From the IMG/VR virus record IMGVR_UViG_3300037294_000399, positions 1 through 64,000 of that record: a stretch of 64,000 bases of DNA; one strand, written 5' to 3'. The notes below the pieces were generated by a model. It worked only from the letters and a program-made list of their open reading frames with translations, was not told the origin of the DNA and ran no database searches. Position 1 is the stretch's first letter; each line of letters starts with the position of its first letter. This DNA is from a virus. The position numbers and the translations under genes were made by a program. Below, piece by piece: positions 58,762-64,000 of the stretch.

Positions 58762-58821
58762 ATGGAAAATATAAATAAATTATCGGTATTTGATTTTGAT
58801 GGAACGTTGGTTGTAAAATAA
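58762..58821 (+). pseudogene. Orphaned N-terminus of the HAD gene
   Basis: MENINKLSVFDFDGTLVVK* parallels MEKKITRLAVFDFDGTLL at 59559. Confidence 0.85.
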
Positions 58822-58867
58822 ATTTGATTTTGAGAAATATTGTGATATTTATTAATAAAACAATATT

Positions 58868-59554
58868 ATGGAAAAAAAGATTTGTCAAATTTATAAAATA
58901 GTTTCGCCATCTGGTAGAATTTATATCGGTAAAACGAGTAATTTAAAATTAAGACTTGATTATTATAGACGTTTAAAATGTAAAAAACAACCATTAATAT
59001 ATTACTCATTATTAAAATATGGTTTTAGCGGTCATAGTTTTGATGTTATATACGAAGGTGAACATTCGTTAAATGAAATAAATGAAATTGAAATCAATTA
59101 TATAAATGAATATAATTCTTTTCATGGTAATAATGAAAACGGAATGAATTTAACATTAGGTGGTGATGGTGGTTTTGGTGTTATTTATTCAGAGGAACGT
59201 AAACAAAAAATAAGAGAAGCAAATAAAAATAGAGTTTATAACCCACATTCAGAAGAAACAAAAAAATTAATTTCTGAAAATAGAAAAAAAACTGGTAAAA
59301 CTTTAGCTCACCAGAAAGCTATTGATAACCTTAGAGGTAAAAAAATAATTAAATCTGAAGAATGGGTTAAAAATAATGCTGAAAGTATTAAAAAACCTAT
59401 TTTACAATACGATTTAAATAACAATTTTATTAAAGAATGGAAAAGTGCACAAGATGTTGAGAATGAACTTGGGTTGTCTAGAAAAAACATTAGTGCAAAT
59501 TTAAGAAATAAAACAAAACACGCTTATAAATACATTTGGAAATATAAAAACTAA
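58868..59554 (+). CDS. GIY-YIG homing endonuclease
   Basis: QIYKIVSPSGRIYIG, MNLTLGGDG. Confidence 0.9.
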   Translation: MEKKICQIYKIVSPSGRIYIGKTSNLKLRLDYYRRLKCKKQPLIYYSLLKYGFSGHSFDVIYEGEHSLNEINEIEINYINEYNSFHGNNENGMNLTLGGDGGFGVIYSEERKQKIREANKNRVYNPHSEETKKLISENRKKTGKTLAHQKAIDNLRGKKIIKSEEWVKNNAESIKKPILQYDLNNNFIKEWKSAQDVENELGLSRKNISANLRNKTKHAYKYIWKYKN

Positions 59555-59558
59555 TATT

Positions 59559-60083
59559 ATGGAAAAAAAAATAACTAGACTAGCTGTTTTCGATTTTGAC
59601 GGCACTTTATTAATGACACCTCTTCCAGAATTTGGTAAAAAAGAATACCAAGAAAAAACTGGAAAGGTTTGGCCTTTCCCTGGATGGTGGGGACAACCTT
59701 TGAGCTTAGATATGGATATCTTTGATATGCCAACGGTGCCAATGGTTACTTCAGCATATAAGAAAGAGAAAGTTAACGCAAACACATGTATGGTTATGTT
59801 GACTGGTCGAATAGTGAAGCTAGGTGACTTGGTAAAGAAAATCTTAGACGCAAAAGGGTTAATATTCGATGAGTACCATTTCAACAGAGGTGGTAGTACT
59901 GATGTTGCTAAAATAAAAACAATGGAATCATTGTTAGAAAAATATGCTAACGTAAATGAATTAGAAGCTTGGGATGACCGTAAGGAGCATATCCCAATAT
60001 TTCAAGAATTTGGTGATAAGTTGGTTAAAGCTGGTCGATTAACGAGTTTTAAAATTAATTTAGTTCCAGCACATAGACATTAA
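59559..60083 (+). CDS. HAD phosphatase (RNA-repair-associated type)
   Basis: FDFDGTL..TP, WW, LTGR, K, WDDR. Confidence 0.8.
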   Translation: MEKKITRLAVFDFDGTLLMTPLPEFGKKEYQEKTGKVWPFPGWWGQPLSLDMDIFDMPTVPMVTSAYKKEKVNANTCMVMLTGRIVKLGDLVKKILDAKGLIFDEYHFNRGGSTDVAKIKTMESLLEKYANVNELEAWDDRKEHIPIFQEFGDKLVKAGRLTSFKINLVPAHRH

Positions 60084-60093
60084 TAAAAAGAGA

Positions 60094-60738
60094 TTAATAT
60101 TGGTCTCTTTTTATATTTCTATTAGTATAACTACAAAGTGGTTGTAGATTGGTGTAGTGATTAAGTTTAATAACGTCTTCTTCACACATTGCTGAACTAA
60201 GTGGTAGTATATGGTCAATATCCCAAGCAGTATTAATTTCTTTGGGTACCCCATTCCAATTACCACGATTTTTCCAATTCATCCATTGTTCAAACTTAGA
60301 TTCGATATGGGTTTTAAATTCTTCATAAGAACACCCAAGTATTTCATACGACCTAGATTTTCTATAAAAACCTTTTTTCTTTAAACTTTGATTTATTGAT
60401 GCGGAAACACATCTCTTTAGTTTATAAAGAATATCAGTACTCATCATTTTCTTTACATAACCATATTTAGCTTTTTTATGTTTTTCTGGGTTTTCTAACC
60501 CCCATAATTTCTTTTTTAAATTTAATTTTTCTTTATTTTTAATAGCATATTCTTTATCTTTTTTTTTCTTTTTTTCTTTATCTAATTTTTCGTATTTATT
60601 TTTATTAATGATTAAACGTTCTTCATCACTTAAAGCATTATATCTAGCTTTTTGTTGTTTTGATATTCTTAATTTATTTTTTTTACGATATTCCATATCG
60701 TAAAGTCTTTTAGCTTCTTTTTTTTCTTCTAGTGTCAT
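60094..60738 (-). CDS. HNH-family homing endonuclease
   Basis: ILGCS, WDIDHILP, NHYTNLQPLC. Confidence 0.85.
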   Translation of the reverse strand: MTLEEKKEAKRLYDMEYRKKNKLRISKQQKARYNALSDEERLIINKNKYEKLDKEKKKKKDKEYAIKNKEKLNLKKKLWGLENPEKHKKAKYGYVKKMMSTDILYKLKRCVSASINQSLKKKGFYRKSRSYEILGCSYEEFKTHIESKFEQWMNWKNRGNWNGVPKEINTAWDIDHILPLSSAMCEEDVIKLNHYTNLQPLCSYTNRNIKRDQY

Positions 60739-60836
60739 AATTTATATTTATTATAAATATCCACATATTTTTAAAAAGACGATAGAATTGAACATTATTA
60801 TTTGGATATATAAAAAATTAATAGTACCTTTGTAAT

Positions 60837-61145
60837 ATGAAAGAATATATTTTATGCGCAGCCAATCATTATGATGATGGTAAAGAGATGGTTCATGGAC
60901 CAAAAAACATTGAAAGTGGATTTGTAATTTGTGGTAGAAGACACCATAACTGTATTAGCATGTTTGCTGAAATGGTTGGGTTTCCATATGATGAAAACGC
61001 ACATGCTTTGATGCGAACTGAAAGACAAGGGTTCTTAACCAATACTGATAGATTTGTTGAACGTGAAGAAGCGGCACAAATCGCTTTTGAGGCTGGGCAA
61101 ATAACACAACACAAAATAGTGTTGTTCTCTGAAGACTTATATTAA
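60837..61145 (+). CDS. Conserved phage protein
   Basis: GRRH, QGFLT..RFVEREEA, LFSEDLY. Confidence 0.75.
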   Translation: MKEYILCAANHYDDGKEMVHGPKNIESGFVICGRRHHNCISMFAEMVGFPYDENAHALMRTERQGFLTNTDRFVEREEAAQIAFEAGQITQHKIVLFSEDLY

Positions 61146-61660
61146 TGATAGACAAAAAAATCATAGATAAACTAATTGAACGTGATGGAAAATACGATTT
61201 CATCAAATTGGTTCAGTTTATGGTGGGTTCTGAATTTGTTTATAAAGATAGAAAACTTAGAGGACCTTTGGCCATTGCTACGCTTAATGGTGTATTGTTG
61301 GATATGTCGGTGATTAATAGATACCATGACAAGTTGGTTTACTTCATATTGCTTCACGAAACTGCACACATGAAACGTATTAGTAGAATGGGTAAAGACT
61401 TGATGTTAGCTAATTTATCAATAGAAGACTTTAATGAATTCACAGCACATATCTTTGAAGAAGAAATTTTTGCAGACAGATACGCATGTAGATTGTTCTA
61501 CCACTTCAACAAGGAAATCTACCCATGGTATGAAACACAACAATTAAACCTAAAATATAAACAAGAACAGTATGGGCCAATGGCTAGAATGTATTACGGG
61601 AAAATACAAAATAACGAAGAAAAGTACAATGAGATGATTAATGATTTCATTGTCGATTAA
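61145..61660 (+). CDS. Zincin metallopeptidase-like protein
   Basis: LLHETAH ... EEIFADRYA. Confidence 0.7.
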   Translation: MIDKKIIDKLIERDGKYDFIKLVQFMVGSEFVYKDRKLRGPLAIATLNGVLLDMSVINRYHDKLVYFILLHETAHMKRISRMGKDLMLANLSIEDFNEFTAHIFEEEIFADRYACRLFYHFNKEIYPWYETQQLNLKYKQEQYGPMARMYYGKIQNNEEKYNEMINDFIVD

Positions 61661-61669
61661 TAAAAAAGA

Positions 61670-63652
61670 ATGATTAAAATAAACGATATATTAGAAGGAA
61701 GACTAAGCATGAACGCTAGTGGGTCCGCATATTTGGTGAGTGAGAATTTACCAAAAGACATTTATGTCCATAAAACCAACACTAACCATGCGTTGCATTT
61801 GGATAAGGTAAAGATTGAAGTAATGGCTGGTCAAGGTCGTACACTTGAGGGTAAAGTAATTGAGGTGGTTGAACGCTTTAGAACTGAGTTTGTTGGTGTA
61901 ATCCAAATAAACCCTAAATTTGCTTTCTTTGTTCCAGATAGCAACAAACTACCTATTGACTTTTTTATTCCATTAAACAAGACAATGGGTGCTACAGAAG
62001 GCCAAAAAGTAATTGCAAGTATAACTGAATGGAAAGAAGGTGCTAAAAACCCTAACGGTGAAGTTATAAGAATTATAGGTAATGCTGGTGAACACGAAAC
62101 TGAGATACATAGTATTTTAGAAGAATATGGTTTACCTTACGATTTTGAAACAGATGTAATCATGGAGGCCAATTTAATTTCCACAGAAATCACACAAGAA
62201 GAAATTGATAAACGTAGAGATATGCGTGATATACTTACCTTCACAATTGACCCAGCTGACGCCAAAGACTTTGACGATGCGTTGAGTGTGGAATGGGTTG
62301 ACGGTGAGTTGTATGTTGGTGTTCATATTGCCGATGTATCACATTACTTACGTCCAGATACCGAATTGGATAAAGAAGCTTTTGCCAGAGGTACAAGTGT
62401 TTACTTAGTTGATAGATGTGTCCCTATGCTTCCAGAGAACTTATCTAACGGTTTGTGTTCGTTAAGACCTAACGAAGATAAATTATGTTTTTCTGCTATT
62501 TTTAAGTTAGACCACAATGGTCATGTGTTAGAAGAATGGTTTGGTAGAACCGTAATTAATTCTGACCACAGATTTACCTACGAAGAAGCACAAGCTATCA
62601 TTGAATTAGATAAGCTACCTAAAGACGATGTTGAGGGTAGAACCAAAATACTATTGGAAGACACTGGTTTAAGGTTATTAGGTTGGGACCCAGCTAGAAA
62701 ACTAGCCGATGCTGTATTGGCGTTGAACAAGATAGCTAAAAAGATGCGTAAAGTTCGTTTGATAAAAGGTTCTTTATCATTTGATAAACAAGAGGTCAAA
62801 TTCAAATTGGATGAGAATAGTAAACCAACTGGGATTATATTCAAGGTTGCCAAAGACTCAAACAAACTTATTGAAGAATACATGTTGTTAGCGAATAAAC
62901 ACGTAGCTCAGTTCATCAACACGAAAGGTTTACCCAACGTGAATAGAGCACACGATAAACCTAACGAAGAAAAGTTAGCAGCGTTAAAAGACTTTATTGT
63001 TCAGTTTGGTTACGATATTAAAATCGATACACCAGAAGAAACTACAAAAACACTTAACAAATTGTTAACGGATGTGCGTGGTACTGCTGAAGAAGATATG
63101 GTTAATAACTTAGTTGTTAGGACAATGCAAAAAGCAAACTATACGACAAAAAACATTGGTCACTATGGTTTAGGTTTTGCTAACTATTCACACTTTACTA
63201 GTCCAATCAGACGTTACAGTGATATATTAGTTCATAGATTGTTAGCTTTGTATTTGGATGAGAACAAGAAAACAACACCTAAGTTAGAGAAGTTAGAAAC
63301 TAGATGTATTCATTTATCTGAAAGAGAAAAGAAAGCACAGAAAGCTGAACGTGACTCAATCAAATTCATGCAATGTATTTACATGAGTGAACACATAGGT
63401 AAAGTATTTGAAGGTATCGTTACATCAGTTGCTGAGTATGGTGTTTTCGTTGAAATACTTGAGAACAAATGCGAAGGACTTATTAAGTTATCTGAAATTT
63501 CTGGTGATACATATCAAGTTGATATGAGTAACTATTGTGTTAAAGGGTATAACACAGGTGATAAGATTCGTTTGGGTGATATGGTTCACGTTGTAGTTTC
63601 TAGTGTAGATATCGATAAAAAGAATATTAATTTAACAATGATTCGATTATAG
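61670..63652 (+). CDS. rnr: Ribonuclease R
   Basis: TIDPADAKDFDDA, HIADVS, YSHFTSPIRRY, C-terminal S1. Confidence 0.95.
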   Translation: MIKINDILEGRLSMNASGSAYLVSENLPKDIYVHKTNTNHALHLDKVKIEVMAGQGRTLEGKVIEVVERFRTEFVGVIQINPKFAFFVPDSNKLPIDFFIPLNKTMGATEGQKVIASITEWKEGAKNPNGEVIRIIGNAGEHETEIHSILEEYGLPYDFETDVIMEANLISTEITQEEIDKRRDMRDILTFTIDPADAKDFDDALSVEWVDGELYVGVHIADVSHYLRPDTELDKEAFARGTSVYLVDRCVPMLPENLSNGLCSLRPNEDKLCFSAIFKLDHNGHVLEEWFGRTVINSDHRFTYEEAQAIIELDKLPKDDVEGRTKILLEDTGLRLLGWDPARKLADAVLALNKIAKKMRKVRLIKGSLSFDKQEVKFKLDENSKPTGIIFKVAKDSNKLIEEYMLLANKHVAQFINTKGLPNVNRAHDKPNEEKLAALKDFIVQFGYDIKIDTPEETTKTLNKLLTDVRGTAEEDMVNNLVVRTMQKANYTTKNIGHYGLGFANYSHFTSPIRRYSDILVHRLLALYLDENKKTTPKLEKLETRCIHLSEREKKAQKAERDSIKFMQCIYMSEHIGKVFEGIVTSVAEYGVFVEILENKCEGLIKLSEISGDTYQVDMSNYCVKGYNTGDKIRLGDMVHVVVSSVDIDKKNINLTMIRL

Positions 63653-63700
63653 TATTGATTTACACCAAAAAAAAGATTACACTGGTAAAAAATTAATACC

Positions 63701-64000
63701 ATGACTGACGAAAAATTAATTACAGATTTCCTAGAAAAAAACTACAGAGTAATTGCTAATGATACTTATTTTAAAGTAGCCGAGATAGATAGTTATAAAC
63801 GTATAACGCTGAGTGAATTTTTGGATACGTTTAAAACTATCTTTGGTGATTTTACAACACTTGATAATGAAACTAGTATTGAGCTATTTCAGAAATGGTT
63901 TAGCTTTCATAAGCGTATATTAACAAAAAAACTTACAGAGTATTTAGAGACATTAGATATGTCTGAGGGTAGTGTTAAACTACTTTTTAAAGCTGTTAAT
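63701..64000 (+). CDS. Hypothetical protein, partial
   Basis: Open to window end; starts MTDEKLITDFLEKNY. Confidence 0.6.
   Translation, partial: MTDEKLITDFLEKNYRVIANDTYFKVAEIDSYKRITLSEFLDTFKTIFGDFTTLDNETSIELFQKWFSFHKRILTKKLTEYLETLDMSEGSVKLLFKAVN

Overview
AT-rich segment of a large (jumbo-type) phage genome. The host is very probably Bacteroidota: TAnnTTTG promoters precede most operons and DUF3127 is present. It is an accessory region with three tRNA operons, about 12 free-standing or intron-encoded homing endonuclease genes (HEGs), split DNA and RNA ligases, an NAD+ salvage pathway (NMNAT-Nudix plus NAMPT with a group I intron), ADP-ribose writers and erasers, translation-rescue genes, an ABC transporter and RNase R. 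Main finding: each tRNA operon is preceded by a near-identical promoter cassette, a short leader ORF and a terminator/antiterminator. The biased block of each leader peptide uses exactly the amino acids of the tRNAs downstream (V/L/C; F/D/A/E; K/T/Y/Q/P/G). This looks like ribosome-mediated attenuation that switches on phage tRNA genes when the matching tRNAs run short. Other notable signals: HEG cassettes carrying a recoded replacement piece of the gene or tRNA they interrupt; two ligases split by a permuted small domain; a circularly permuted tRNA-Asn and an interrupted tRNA-Pro sharing one small RNA element; several anticodon-less tRNA mimics; and small genes carrying major-capsid fragments. 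Protein calls rest on motif recognition by eye, and no database search was run.
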